64,000 nucleotides of DNA from the human T2T-CHM13v2.0 reference genome, Homo sapiens. Location: NCBI RefSeq assembly GCF_009914755.1, contig NC_060936.1; one strand, 5' to 3'. Positions 27,609-42,811 of this stretch are shown here, piece after piece. The position numbers and the translations under genes are program-made. Each line of letters opens with the position of its first letter. Position 1 is the stretch's first letter. The notes below the pieces were generated by a model, which was not told the DNA's origin, made no database searches, and was given only the letters and a program-made list of their open reading frames with translations.

Positions 27609-28171
27609 TATGCTTAGCTTTTAAATTCTTAACAAGCTCTTTACCTTCCCCTTAATTAACACCAGATCAGTTGGTAACCCAAATTGTTGATTCTCTGGCC
27701 ATTTATACAGAAGGCTTCCTGTTTTCCTTGCCTTTTGCTGATTCTCATTGATTCCACAGGTATAGAATTTCTACATGTTATAATAGATAAATCTCTGATC
27801 CCGTATGCACAGATAGCATCCATTGTTTTCTTACCTCTTTGAGTTATTTACTATCTCTCCAGCTGATTCAGGAGATTTTATTCCTCGTTTTCCTGATTCC
27901 TGGGACACTTTTACTGCTTTTGCAGTTCCTGAATAGGGTGGAGTTAATAATGTTTAACACCTCAAATCAGCTACAGATACACCCAGAATAAAGAACAAGA
28001 TGGCAGAAACTAACATGAGGGCATGATAGCTAACCCAGGCATTCGGGGTTGCTGTACCTTTGCTATGGAGTCTAGCTTTCATTCTGTCTGTGAAAGTTTA
28101 GAAAATTGAGTTTGGGACAGAGAAGCTTCTGCACACATTAATGCCTACTTTTCAGGGGGCCAAGTTCTCCC

Positions 28172-28250
28172 ATTGCTATTCTGCTTTTATGAATACGGTT
28201 ATTGCTATTCTGCTTTTATGAATATGGTTATTGCTATTCTGCTTTTATGA
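28172..28250. repeat. 29-bp tandem repeat, 2.7 copies
   Basis: attgctattctgcttttatgaata(c/t)ggtt. Confidence 0.95.
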
Positions 28251-28494
28251 TCTGGAGATTTTGACTGCATTTCTCTTGATTCCTCACCAATTCAAGAGAC
28301 ACAGTAAGTAATCTGAACATTTAATATGAAGCATACTTTGTGTAATTTATATTTCTCAAAGTTTGTCTCCCAGTGGTAATATATAGATTTAGCTCCCTGA
28401 ACATCATCTTTCCCTCTTAAATGTTCTTGATTCCTTTTTCTTTCTGAATGTCACCCATTAGGGCACAGGTCTGATAATTTTATCAATGCCAGTA

Positions 28495-28689
28495 ACCACT
28501 TATCCCTTACTATGCACCAGACATAGTGCTAAGTACTTTATATATATTATCTCATTTAATCCTTATAGCAATCTTGTGAGTTATTATCTCTACCTACAAA
28601 TGAGGAAATTGGAGCTTAGAGAGGTGAAGTGACTTGCCCAGGGACACACAGGTAGATAGTAAGTGGTAGAGTTAGAAATTGCTCCTTCA
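28495..28689 (-). mobile_element. MIR
   Basis: ctcatttaatccttatagcaa ... gaggtgaagtgacttgcccagg. Confidence 0.8.
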
Positions 28690-28985
28690 GGCCGGGCGCG
28701 GTGACTCACGCCTGTAATCCCAGCACTTTGGGAGGCCGAGGTGGGCAGATCACGAGGTCAGGAGATTGAGACCATCCTGGCTAACATGGCCAAACCTCGT
28801 CTCTACTAAAAATAAAAAAAATAGCCGGGCGTGGTGGCGGGCACCTGTAGTCCCAGCTGCTCAGGAGGCTGAGGCAGGAGAATGGCGTCAACCCGGGAGG
28901 TGGAGCTTGCAGTGAGCTGAGACCACTTCACTGTAGCCCAGCCTGGGTGACAGTGAGACTCTGTCTCAAAAAAAAAAAAAAAAAA
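28690..28985 (+). mobile_element. AluY
   Basis: Y diagnostics (gatcacgaggtcaggaga, ccatcctggctaac, gaatggcgt, ggagcttgcagtgag); TSD agaaattgct(c/t)cttcag. Confidence 0.93.
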
Positions 28986-29269
28986 GAAATTGCTTCTTCA
29001 GATCAGGTTTGCTCTCTCTTACATTGCATTATTTTACTACAAAAACTTCTCCTTTTCTCTTTAATTTACCTCCCTCTTCTAGTCCCACCCCAAGTTTTCT
29101 TTCTTCTCTTTTTTCCCTTCCTTTTTTGGTAATTTCCCCTTTAGGAGTTATTTACAGTTTTGCATGTCAGACATAAATTCTCTTGGGAAAAGTATGCAGA
29201 AATAATTCAATTGTATTCTGATTTCTTATAGACAGGGATTTACTCTTAGCACTTATTTTAAGAATAATA

Positions 29270-29490
29270 CCAGGAGCCCTTATATTTGTATTACACTTTA
29301 TAGTTTTATGAAGCATTTTTACACATTTCCTTACTTAATCCTCATAGCAGTCATGTGGTCTAGGCAGTGAGGGTTATGGCTATTACACCTATTTTCAGGT
29401 AAAGAGAGGAACTCAGATTAAAGTGACTTGTCTGAGATCTCAAAATAAGAGACAGAGCCTGAATTTAAACTTAGGTCTTTCGACTCTAAT
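29270..29490 (-). mobile_element. MIR
   Basis: ttaatcctcatagcag ... attaaagtgacttgtctgag. Confidence 0.7.
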
Positions 29491-29907
29491 ATAAACACTT
29501 TATTTAACACACTGGTCTTCCTTGTAGAGTAAAAGCTGCTACAAGCAAATCGTTCACTAAGGCCTCTACAAAATTAGTTGATGAGACAAGGTTTTTGCCC
29601 TTAGCAATTACAGTGCTGAAATAAATGATATAATCAAATGTTCTGACTTCATTTAAGCCAATTAGGAGTGGGTAAATATCATTATAGCATGGCATTTTCT
29701 AAAGTTTTAAGCCTTGAGCTTTGTTTTGTTTTGTGAGAATTGAGAACCTGGAATTTTAGTTCTGCATTTTAAATCATGAAATGTTAAAGTCCTTAATTCT
29801 TAAGTTATTGTCTATCTCATTGTGCACTCAATTGCTTACATTCTAACTAAAACAATTATGATAAAGGAATAGGGTGAAGGGAGGACAGACATAAACAGTG
29901 AAATTAA

Positions 29908-30248
<341 letters not shown>

Positions 30249-30809
30249 ACAAAAGCACTTTTGTAGAAAATTGAATATGATCCTTAAAAGAATGGATAAG
30301 CTGCAAGTAGTATTCACTTCTGGAAAGTGATAATGTTTGAGAGCTCAGACAGCTTATTCAATGATCCATTTTTGACATACTATCTTGTACCTAGTGTCTG
30401 TTTTATTAAATTAATTTTTACTAGCAGTGTTCATTTTTACTTAGTTAAGTGTCTACCCACTGACCTGCTCCCATTGTGGAAATACCACACCGTGTTTGCC
30501 CCTTACGACTTTTCTGTATTTGGCAGCAGAGGCTGGTTGCTCAGTTTATTGTAGTACTAGGGAGTTGCCCTTTGTTGTGTTTTTCACAACAGCGATCCAT
30601 TTCATTTGAACATTTTCAGATCTGGTTGAGGATGTTCTCCATATGTCGACTCTTATCTAGACAAACAGAATAGACTTTTTCTATTTTTGTGGCTAGAGTG
30701 GAAAATTTTAGTACTGAATTGCATGTATATGACCCATTGATATTCTTGATACTGGCAAATCCTAAAGGAATCACAGACTCATAATATTTTAGTGAGGTTA
30801 ATCATCATA

Positions 30810-31800
30810 ATTCATTATTTATCAGCTATTTGCAGGGCACTGTGTTAGGTACCATGGCAAAATAGAGACAAATAGATGTTTGGCCCTCCATTTAGAAAAG
30901 TTCAGTCCAGTAAGAGGTATAATGTATGGGTACAAATGACTGTAATTCAAACAGAAAGTGACAACGGAGTAACAGGGTACTGTGGGAGCAGAGGAAAGAG
31001 AGATTGCTTCTGGCTGTAGAGATTAGGAAAGCTTCCTATATGAAGTGAAATATGAATTGAGCATTTCAGAGTGAAGGACATGCCACGCAGAGGGATTAGC
31101 ATAAATTGGGTGTATCTGTACAGCACCTGGTAAGTTCTGTTAATTATCTACTTCTCTTTCTGCTCTGTTGGATTTGAACCCTTTGAACTTAGAGAATTGA
31201 TGTTTTCCAGCTTTTCATTCTCTACTTCACCACCTGTTCAACTTGGTACATTAATTACTTAGAGTTGTAAGTGGCAGTAGTGTATATGGAGTGAATTCAA
31301 GGAAAGAGAGTCCAGAAATGGGAAGACCAGTGAAGAGACAAATAATCTAGGTGATAATAATGAAGTTCTAAACTAGGTGAGATTGGGAAGGAGAGACTTG
31401 CATGGATGGGTCTCTCCTTTCTAGTGAAAGAACCTAGGCAGTTCTTTCACTGTGAATTGTACATAAAGTACATACCGTGTGCCAGGAGATATGGAAAGGG
31501 AAAGACATGGTGCTCCCTCAGAAGCTGGGCAGGTGACTGGAGAGCTACATTCACAGGGGTAGAAATAGCTGCAATCAGGCATAGCAGCTGTCATGAAAGA
31601 GCAGTGAGAGGCACACCTAAGGGAGAGGGGCACCTACTTGGGATAGTGAGAGAAGCTTTCCAAGGATGTGTGAGTGTTTGAGCTTAGACTTGAAGGGTGA
31701 GGAGGAGTGTTTCAGGCCGAGAAGCCTCAGGCGGGTATTATCACATAGTGATGTAAGACACGAAGCATATTAGGGGGCCACAGGAACCGGAATTGTTGCC
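30810..31800 (-). mobile_element. Degenerate L2 fragments
   Basis: ttcattatttatcagctatttgcagggcactgtgttagg and similar antisense L2 tracts. Confidence 0.55.
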
Positions 31801-33659
31801 GTGATGCTGGACAGGAGCAATGAACTTTTATTTGCTGTCTATTTATGTTTATCCAGCTTTAGCACTCTGAGCTTTTGTAAGAAAGTGTTTCTGTTGCCTC
31901 TAGTAGCCTCTTGGAAGCACCTCTTCTGTGCTTCTCACTCCCAACCTGGAGTGCAGTGCTGGTGATAAATTGTCTCTTGCTTCCATTTTGTGAAATTAAA
32001 CAGAAAAAGTAAAGATACCATCAGCCAGAGAGATAAAGAGAAAAGTAAATCCACTAAAATCCTTTTCTTTGATGAAGCCTAGAACCACCGAGGTTGTTGT
32101 ATAAAGAGAATGCTGCATCAAAGCACAGCTTCAAGAGCACCTGACTTGAGGGAGGGGATTGTGGTAGGAACATGATTATTTACCTTTCCCATAGGGTTTT
32201 ATGGAACTCTTAAACATTTCCCAAGACTGTAATACCTAATAATGAAGTCCTTTTATTCTAGTTCTAGCCTTGATTCTTTTCTCCTCTCTACTCTAAGCCT
32301 TATTATTTTTTAAAAATAACACAGTTTAATAACTAACATGACCCTAAACTTCAGATGGTGTCAAACATCATCTCTGGTCCTCCTCTATCCTTGTTTGGTC
32401 ATTCAGAGACCTGTATGTGCAAATCGTTATTATAAACTTTGTATGTATAATCTACGTTAGATTGCTAGAGATAAAAAGCACTACAGATTTCTTTTTTACA
32501 TAGATTTACTTTCTACAGTGGTTATTTTTTTTTCTGTCCTTTGGATTGGACCACTGAAACAGAATATAAAGTTGTTTTCTAAGGACAACCAAAAAGTTAA
32601 TGGTAGTCTCTAATTCAAATTATATCCATTGTATTTCTAGGCCAGCGGTTGGCAGCTGTTTTGGCTTTAGTGCCATTACTGGTAATACTAAAAGATTATG
32701 GGCACTCTCAGGAGGAAAGTGAAAGGAACAGAAGGAGGAAAAGCGGGCTTGTGGGGTGGTAGTGGAGGCATAGAGAGGGGGCGGGAGAAAAAGTACATAT
32801 GGTTAAAAGAGATCAAGTACCTCCACACCTCTTCCAGGTACCACTTGGTAGGACCAGTGCCATATTTAAGGATTAAGTTGAACTCCCAGCAGTCCTGTCT
32901 GAAAATACTCTGGTTGTATTTTTATGCCAAAAATGGCAGTTTCTTTTAATCAAACATTTCTGGATTTAATTTTTAAAATTGTATATGGACCAGTGTCTCT
33001 TTATTTTTAGAATTGAGCAGAAAAGGAGACAGAAATCAACATACTTTAAATATCAATGAAAATTATAAGCACATTTCTGAAATGTAGTTAAAGCTTTAAG
33101 ATCTAAATCCATAGATTAGCCCCATTGTATAGCCCAATTCAGGCACAAGGTGGCAGAAAGTAAAGGGATGAATAGCTGGGAACATGTGTTTGAATTTTTA
33201 CCGTAGTAAAACTGCATTTTCATACTAACCAAGAGTGTAACTGGACCCACAGAAGGAAAAATAGGGCTAAGAAATTAGAGCCTGTGCTTTTCTGTACAAG
33301 TAAACCAAGTACTCTCTCCCTTTCAGAAAACATTATCAAACAACAAAAAATTTATTTTTTAGAACTTACACAAGATATTGGACTGACAAAGCCAAAAACA
33401 AAAATACTTAAGATTTTAGCTTTTCTGTAATAGTGGTGAAAAGTTATTTCTCAGATTGTAAGAAATACTGTCTTGAAGTTTTTGATTGATTTTCAGAGTT
33501 GAAAGATGCTTTAGAGGTCATCTAGTCCAACTCTGTTGTGAATTCCCTGTACATCATCTCCAACAAGTGGATGTTTAGTCTTTGCCTAAATATTTAAGTT
33601 CCTTGCCTAAAGACAAGGAACTTAACAGATCATAAGATAGCTAACTTTCATTCCCTTAA

Positions 33660-34550
33660 ATGGTTAATGTGCTCTTTTGTCCCCAATCCTCTTCTCACTC
33701 CCTGCACTGTGAGTGTGGGTGATCTCATATGCTGTGATATCTTCAATAACTTCTCTGCAATGATGACTTCCAAACCGGTATATCTTGCTCAGGTCCCCGT
33801 CCTGATCTTAAGACCCCATCGTCCATCTGTCTTCTAGATATCACCACCTTTGGTGTGTTCCATGGATAACTTGGATTCTGCTCACCCAGAGCTGACTTTA
33901 TCTTCTCCCTTCACAGAGCCATTCTTGTGCTCCTTAGCTTTCCCAGTGCATGGCGTTGTTCTCTATTTGGTTCTTAAGCTGTAAACCTGGAAATCACCCT
34001 TGACTCGTCCTCCTTGTTTATGACTGACATCTAGTCATTTTTTAGGTCTTCCTTAACTATGTCTTGAACTCTGCCTTTGCTCTTCCTCCAGTGCCAGAAT
34101 ATTCATTCAGGTGCCCAATGATTGAACTAGCCATCTTTCCCTGCTACCAGTCTTGCCTTCTTTCAGTCTGTCTTCCATGTGGCTGCCACAATGACTGTCC
34201 TAAACTTGAATCTCATTATGTAACTTTCATCCTTAAAATTTCTAGTGACTCCCCATGGCCTCTTCCAGGCTCCTTAGTGTGACACATGAGTTCCTTTTTA
34301 GTTTTCCAGCCTTGTCTTCCATCACTCCCCTACTCACCTCTCCAACCACACTGAACCACTAGCTTTCTTGTACCTTCGGTCTCACACACTACTTTCTGGA
34401 ATGCCCTTTCCTATACTTCTTGGGTAATTCCTGTGCTTTCTTTGGTATTCTGCTTAGGCATCTCTTTCAGGGAGGCCTGCCTTGACCTCTTACCTCTGGC
34501 AGGGTTAGGTACCTCTCCTAGGCTTTCTGACAGTGTCTAGTATGTATTTC
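33660..34550 (+). mobile_element. L2 inserted in the CR1/L3
   Basis: L2-like tracts (gatgacttccaaa; aaacctggaaatcacccttgactc; tctggaatgccctt). Confidence 0.75.
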
Positions 34551-35798
34551 TTTTATGTTTTTTAAATATCCAAACTACAGTAAGAGGTAATAATGTTGGG
34601 CATTTACTATATGTCAAAACTTAATGAGCATTTGCTATGTGCCAGGCATAGGACAGTGCTAACTGGAAAGTGTTTCCTTATATAATTTTCAACTGGTTCT
34701 CATCTCAGAATTAGAGATAATTTTATGTCACTGCAAGAGTAATATTTGAAGATGGCTATCTAACATCTCTCTTTCAGGCTAAGTATCTTCATTGAATTTG
34801 TTCAAATATGGATTTCAGACCTCTTGCCTTCCTGGTCACTCCCCTCCATGTGTTTTATTTTGTTTTCTCTCTTAAAATATGTGGTTCCGTTTTACATCAA
34901 ATAGAATTGTCATAAAGGAACATAGGGCTTCTCAGATGGATAGAAGCTGGATATGGATTGTCATATTTAAGGTATATACCTCACTTACCTAGGTCGTTAG
35001 CTATGAACATTTTTCTGAACATTTTCCAGAAGTCACTAGAATTACGGGAATTTACTTATAGTTAGCAAGTGATGGAGAGACTGACACAAAACCAAGAATG
35101 CCAGTTAGTGAATTTATTAATATAACTGTGAGTGGAACAGAAGCTTATAGTTTGGTGAGCACACTCTCATCACTATAGGAGAATCTACAGGGGAAGCCAG
35201 CCCATCTAATCAAATGGGTAATCTTAATGGGGAGTGTCACTAAGTCAGGATAACCTGATGGAGAGTCTTTATAAGGATGCAGCTGTCCAGCGCTGCTCTG
35301 GGGATATGGTCAGTGTGCTTTCACCTCAGACAGTGTTGGGGTCACATAGGCAAAGTCTTCCTTGTTAAACTCCTGCTCTGCCCCCACTACCTCAGATTAA
35401 TATAACCTCCTTCTGTCAACATAGTTGACAAGGTTTCAGCTTTCTTAATTCACATTCCAATCCTGTCTCCCAGAAACTATAACCTACTCACTTTTGACCA
35501 GACTTGGGTATCCCCGGCCCTTTTCAGTCACACATTTTCTTGGAATTACTTACAGTGATGGCTAAATTCCATCACTCTATTTGATTCAGGCTGGTGTTAC
35601 TCCCAGAGGATGACTTAATTTTCAAATTATGAGGACATTTATTTTGCCCTTTGTATGACTATAGGGCATCACTAAGTATTGAATAATTTCTCCAGATATG
35701 AGCCAACTAGTACAGTGTAGAGTATGGCATTCACCTTCCTTGTGCATGACTTTATTTATATGTGTGTGTCAACTCAGCCCAAGATTAAGATTGTATAA

Positions 35799-36131
<333 letters not shown>

Positions 36132-36189
36132 TATGTCAAGCTTTTATTTGAAAAAACTCTTTAGTTCTTTCTTTAAAAATGTAATTTAA

Positions 36190-36604
36190 AAAATATTTTA
36201 ATAAAGACAGGATTTCGTTATATTGCCTAGGCTGTTCTCGAACTCCTGAGCTTAAGCAATTCTCCTGCTTTGGCTTCCCAAGGTGCTGGGATAGTTGCCT
36301 TTTTGTGTGTGTGTTTTGAGATGGAGTCTCACTTTGTCACCCAGGCTAGAGTGCAGTGGCATGATCTCGGCTCACTGCAACTAACTGCCACCTCCTGGGT
36401 TCAAGTGATTCTCCTGTCTCAGCCTCCCAAGTAGCTGGGATTACAGGCCCCTGCCTCCATGCCCAGCTAATTTTTGTATTTTTAGTAGAGATGGGGTTTC
36501 ACCATGTTGGCAAGGCTGGTCTCGAACTCCTGACCTCAGGTGATGTGCCCGCCTCGGCCTCCCAAAATGCTGGGATTATAGGCGTGAGCCCCCGTGCCTG
36601 GCCT
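36190..36604 (-). mobile_element. FLAM/Alu left-arm fragment (36190-36292) followed by AluS (36300-36604)
   Basis: Antisense Alu sequence; TSD gttgc(c/t)tttt. Confidence 0.9.
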
Positions 36605-38439
36605 GGTTGCTTTTTTATGTATACAACAGTTTTCACAATTTGTATTTAGCATTTGATTTTTTTAACCCAAATATAATTCTTTACGTTTTCTCTATTAAAT
36701 TTTATTTGTTACAGTTAATATTCTGTTAAAATTGTTTTAGATCTGACTCTGCTCTCCTTTTTTTCATTATTCTCTCCAGGCTCTGGTCATACCTACATTT
36801 TGATAAGGATGTTGGAAAAACTTTTATCCAGATCATTGGTAACACTATTGCCTAAGCCCAGTGAATATTGCAGAACTTATTTATGAGCATTCTGAGTTTT
36901 GTTATTTAATTGGTTATGTATATGTGTTACTCAGCCCATCTCTCTTTTCCTCTCAGAAAGAAATGGAGAGTGGAGCTTGTTAAATACCTTTCAGAGCATC
37001 ACATAGATTTGTCTTATAGCTTTGCCAACAAAAGAAATAAAGTTACTTGGCAAGACTTGTTCTTCCTGAACCTACACTGATTCTCAGTGATTGCCCATCT
37101 TTGTCTATTCAGAAACTGTTTTATAATCATCTAGGATTTTCTTCCGGCTGAATGATAAACACAGAGTTAATCTTTTGCCATGTTCATTTTCTTTTGTTAT
37201 GTTTGTGTTTTTTCCTCACTCTGAAAGATGGAGTACTTTGTCTCCTGTCTTAACCTCTTTGGTCTTCCTGACTTGTTAAAGAGTTATAGCATTCAGCAAA
37301 ATTCCCATGCAGGCTCACAGTAGACAACTGGTCAAGTCAGATTTGCAGTGTGTCGGGGGCAGGTCTTTTATGGCCGCTTCACGTGTCATGGGCATCAGTT
37401 CTTTCATCCTAACGCGCCACTTTTTGCTGTCGTTCTCCTAGACTGAGAAGAGAGGCAGGGATTGAGTGATGGACACTGGACTGGAAGTTCTCTTTTATAA
37501 AATAGGCGTCATACCTACCTCTCCAGGTAGAAATATGTAAAAGGTCTTTGTAAACTTTGAGGGGGTATTCAAGTGTAGAATTTTTAAAAAGCAAAATAGA
37601 AGTGAAGGGTTTCTTTCCCCCCCTTTTTTTTCCTATCATGTATTAACTACACCATTTACCTTAACCAACATACTCAGCCTTTTGTGTATACCAGGCCTTT
37701 TGTAAACTTTCTCTTCCAGACATAAATTCAAAAGTCCTTTTTGTAGCCCTTGCTGATTTTCTTAAGTTCAGCTCATTGTGGACATTTTACTTCCTGATAC
37801 CATCCTGTGTTTCTTTTATAGGCATCCATGTTATGTGTCCCTCCTTTCTTTTTCTGTGTCTTTGAAAATCTGAGTTCATTGAAGAGCTCTTTGTGCAGCC
37901 AGTCTTTTCAGAATCTTCCCATTTTCTGTCATTAATATCCTTTGCAGTTTATAGCCAGAACTCTGTTTCTTATATCAAGTTTTAATCTTTTTGTTGTGAC
38001 TAGAAGAAAGAGGATAGGAGCAATACTGGTTTTATGTCAGTCTGTCCATCACTTGTTTGGTTATACAAGTCCCCCACCACCACCACCACCATGTTTTTCT
38101 GACTCATTCTCCTTCTTTGTCTCTTTTTTTCATCTTTCTTTTCTGGATTCTTCTTGTGATATAACTAGGAATTATTCTAAAGCTCACAAGTTTCAGTCTG
38201 GTACTTTATCAGATCATGTATAGATATGGAACATTTCCCTTGTTATTCTTTTAAATTCATTTTCAATTTATAATTTACTTCCAACAGAACAAAATGACAC
38301 TGTCTTCAGGGCAATAATCATGTTTGCCTTCCTTTGTATTTTTCTCATAACATCTAGTGAAAGTAGGTATTTAATACAAGAGAGCATTTAGTGAAAGGGA
38401 ACCTAATAAGTGTGAATTCTCATGGGCATAATTCAGGAG

Positions 38440-38870
38440 TAATCCAAAGTCCTTACTGTCTTTGCGGGGTTTTACACGTTCTTGCCCCTGTCACCTCTCT
38501 GAACTCTTTCTTACCACTCCCCCTCACTCTCTCTGTGCCGTACTGAACTCCTTGCTGTTTCTTACTGCATACCTCTGCTTCAGGGCCTTTGCACTTACCA
38601 TACATGCTGTGTGGTACTCTCCTCCCTTCAGATTTCTAAATCATTCTTTTTCATCTCATTCAAACCTCCTTCTCAATGAAACCTTCTGATGTCCTTATTT
38701 AAAATTGTAATGCCTCTCCCAGCCCCTATACTTTCTTTCCATCCCCTCGCCCCACTAGAATATAAGATCCATAAGGGCTGGTATTTTGTGTCATTTGTAT
38801 TTTTATACGGTGCCAGGAACAGTATCTGGCACATAGTGGATGCTCAGTAAATATTTGTTGAATTAATTAA
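38440..38870 (+). mobile_element. L2a 3' end inserted in the CR1/L3
   Basis: tctggcacatagtggatgctcagtaaatatttgttgaatt. Confidence 0.85.
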
Positions 38871-39649
38871 TCAAGGCTAGTTTAACTAGACTTCTGTTGT
38901 TGAGAGCTTCCTAAAACAGATGACTCATCTTTCTTTTTTGAGTCTCAGGCAGGACTTACTTTTCTTTTCTCTGAACATTTTGTAATTTTTGTTGCCTAAT
39001 TGTGTCCCATGTTTCCATTCCCAGCTATTGTAACAAACTTGAAAATTCCATGGTAAATTGCTCTCCGGTTTCCCAGTACTTCCATTTATCATCGAATTTC
39101 TTCCCAGTGGTCACATTCACATCCAGAATATTTCTTTTCCTATTTGAGAGGTGGAAGGGTTAGCAAGGCATTTATCAGAGACATTGATTTTAGCTGTGGG
39201 AGAATTCTAGCGGCTATCCCAAAAGTTGAAGTCCCCATCACAGCTTATTTGTGTCAGCCTCAGTCTCTAGAATACCAGCAATTCTTAATGCTTCTACTTT
39301 CCTTGCTTTTGCCCTGTTCTAGTGCAGAGTCCCATTTCATCAAATCTCAGTGATGCTTAATAGTATCATATTAACTTATTTGTAAATTGTCAGTTTTCTT
39401 TCTTTGTTTAATACCCATATTCTGGGCATGGGTTTCCACAGACCTGAGACCACTTTGTTGCTAACACCTTTCCCATTTGTTTTTCTGCAACAAATAATTG
39501 ACCCAAGCTTTCCCATTATTTTCAGTTTTCTTTTTCAGAGCATGCCCAGCCAGCTTCTTTCATTGTTACAGTAATATCTGAACTTTTTCTATCTCTTCTT
39601 CCATTTTCAGCTTAAGGTCTACTTGATCAGTTAATCAAAATTACATAGT

Positions 39650-39970
39650 GATTAGAAAAAGCTCAAGATCCATCACCATTTTAACTGTGTGACCTGAAAC
39701 AAATTTCTTAAGTTCTTCTCTAAATTTGTTTTTGTATCTGTAAAATGGGGAGTGGGGAGCAGTAATGCCTGCTTCTTGAGTCATTAATCCTTGCTTTCAG
39801 AATTGAGTGATATGAAGATGATGATGATAAACTTTTATGTAGGGTTTACTATTTGCCAGATGTTGTTTTAAAAGCCTTACATATTATTAACTAATACAGT
39901 ATATATGGCATACAGTTCTGTTTATTAGCATATGCATGGCATGTGGAAGCAGTCAGTAAATGTTAGTTTT
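39650..39970 (+). mobile_element. MIR fragments
   Basis: aactgtgtgacctg ... atctgtaaaatgggg. Confidence 0.65.
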
Positions 39971-40534
39971 TATTAGCAGCAGCGGCAGCAGATCTCTGGG
40001 TAAACATTCTTTTCTTAGTTTTTGCAAGGTATACTTCCTCACCAGTGAAAAGTCTGTTACAGATGATTGTATGCTGTGGTATGAATCAGACGTTTGTGTA
40101 CCATTTGTACCATTTTTGACGCTATTCATTTGCTATAAGAAACCACAGAAATCTCACAATAGTCCCTTCTCTTAAAAAATTATATTTTAGGATTAGAGCC
40201 CAGACAATAATAATGCCATTATTGAGAAGCCAGCCATTACACACTGAAACTAAATACAAATTATGTCTTTAAAGTAAAATTTCAACTTTTAAAAATAGAA
40301 ATTTTATTGAAAATTAGTTTTTATAATTTACATTTAGTAAATTCCATATATTTTCACTGATTCAGTACAAAATGTTTAAATCAAAATACCTATTGAGAAA
40401 GCACTATAGAAACTTTGCTAGGTATTAACGTTAAAAATCGTAAAACATTACATTTTCCATGGCAGAAAACTGATAAAATCATTGAGTAGTCAATTTCTGA
40501 AATGTTTCTTAATTTTAGAATAATATGGGTAAAC

Positions 40535-40702
40535 AGCCAGGTGCAGTGGCTCACACCTGTAATCCCAGTGACTCAGGAGGCTGAGGTGGAAGGATCACTC
40601 GAGGCCAGGAGTTTAAGCCTGCAGTGAGCTATGATGGCACCACTGCACTCCAGCCTGGGTGATGGAGTGGGACTCTATCTCTAATTAAAAAAAAAAAAAA
40701 AG
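40535..40702 (+). mobile_element. FRAM/AluJ right monomer
   Basis: Monomer with poly(A); TSD gaataatatgg. Confidence 0.9.
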
Positions 40703-40717
40703 GAATAATATGGATAG

Positions 40718-41066
<349 letters not shown>

Positions 41067-41669
41067 AAGATTGTTTTGATAGAACACTTTGTGTCTCTCT
41101 CACCTTGTATTTAGAAAAGTTAGAAAATAAAGGATAATGTATATAGAAAGCTTTTTGAAGACTCTTAAGGAGTTCATAAATATGGGGCACTACGACTATG
41201 CATATGAAAATATTTCTTATCAGTTGGCAGTTACCACCTCTTACAGTGGCATGAAACCTCTTGAGTTAAACCAAGGCTCAGTGAGATTTGGTGATTTAGG
41301 TAGTATCACTTTATGAACAAGCAGGTCTTTTATTTTATTACACTTCTCTTTGACATTCACTCCAGTTAAAGAACTCTTTCAAAAGACCTCATGCCTGGTC
41401 TCATGGAGATTGAAAGGTGTTTGAGTCCTTCCTTATTATCCCCTTGGAAGATGCTTTGAGGACCCCAGTGATGAATCGCAAGAACTCTGTCTCCATTATC
41501 CCTGGTATAGGGCACCTCATCACTCTGGTGTTATCCCTAAAGGGCCTTCATCATAATGTGCTTAAAGAGTCCCCTATTATGTCCTTTAGGATGGAGCTTT
41601 GACTTGCCCAAATTGCTATGTACATGTTAAAGAGAGGCTGGAACTGAAGTTGGTCATTTCTCACTGGAT

Positions 41670-42440
41670 CAGTCAACAAGATTTGAGTACTTTCTGTGTG
41701 CTCTGCATCATTCTGAGTACTTTGGGGGACAGAATAAGGCGTGGCTCCTGCCTTCAAGGAGTGTGGAATTTAATAGAAGATGACAACATACATGACTGTA
41801 AATCTGTCTACGTGAGAGTGCCTAATTGTGAGATTCCTAATAAATGGCAAGACATGTTCTGAAAACGTGAAACATAAATGAGGCTGAAGAAATTGTGAAA
41901 AGTTTAGCAGAGGAGGAATAGTTCGTCAGGTTCTTTAAATACAAGTAAAGGGGAAAGGAAGGACCATTTTTAAGTTTAGATATTCCAAGGGTTAGTGGTG
42001 AGGTTGATTATGGTATGTCTTCTCGTTGATGAGGGAGGAGACTGGTGAATAGTGGAAAATAAAGTTAAATGGCTAGGGTGGGGCCAAATTATGGGCTTTA
42101 ATAAAAGCCAGGCATAGAAATTTAGATTGGGATGGTAGAAAAAGGAAAGCTTTAAAAGTTTTTGAGCCAATGAATGACATCATACAAGTTCTATGAGCAA
42201 TGATTTCAGGATGGGAGAGAATGGCATCAGGAAGACCCACTTGAATGCTGGTAAGTAATGTTACCAACAGTGCCATTAGTAACATTAATGTTACTAGGGC
42301 CTGGACTGATATGCTGATGGAAGTGAGAATGAAGAATAAGGTGGGATGAAAGAGATTTTGAAAGAGGTTTTAAAGAACCTGAAATGGGAATGGGAGAGAT
42401 TAACTAAGCCTGCTTGCCATGGACAGCAATGGGGTTGCTA
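41670..42440 (-). mobile_element. Degenerate L2
   Basis: cagtcaacaagatttgagtactttctgtgtgc ... ggctcctgccttcaagga. Confidence 0.6.
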
Positions 42441-42494
42441 GAAGATTAGCTGTGGGGAAAAAGTTATGCATTTACCTTTGGGCATAATTAAATG

Positions 42495-42811
42495 CAATTG
42501 ACTCTCCATATTCATGGGTTCTGCATCCACTGATTCAAACAACTGTGGAACAAAATTGTCAGAAAAAACAATACAACAATAAAAAATGATACAAATAAAA
42601 AACAGCATGGTATACCAACTATTTATGTAGCATTTACATCATATTAAGTATTAGAAGTAATCTAGAGATGATTTAAAGTATATAGGAGGATGTGTGTAGG
42701 TTATATGCCAATACTACACTATTTTATACCAGTAACTTGAGCATCCATGGATTTTGGTATACAAGGGGGATCCTGGAACCAATTCCCCATGCATATCAAA
42801 GGATGACTGTA
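42495..42811. mobile_element. Tigger3a/MER2-type TcMar DNA transposon
   Basis: catgggttctgcatccactgattcaa ... gtaatctagagatgatttaaagtata ... ggatcctggaaccaattcccc ... gatgactgta. Confidence 0.85.

Noticed and set aside
27226-27624. Alu-derived ORFs (also 3794, 9099, 47634, 48348, 49652 and others)
   Set aside because: Standard antisense-Alu translations ([23 protein letters not shown])
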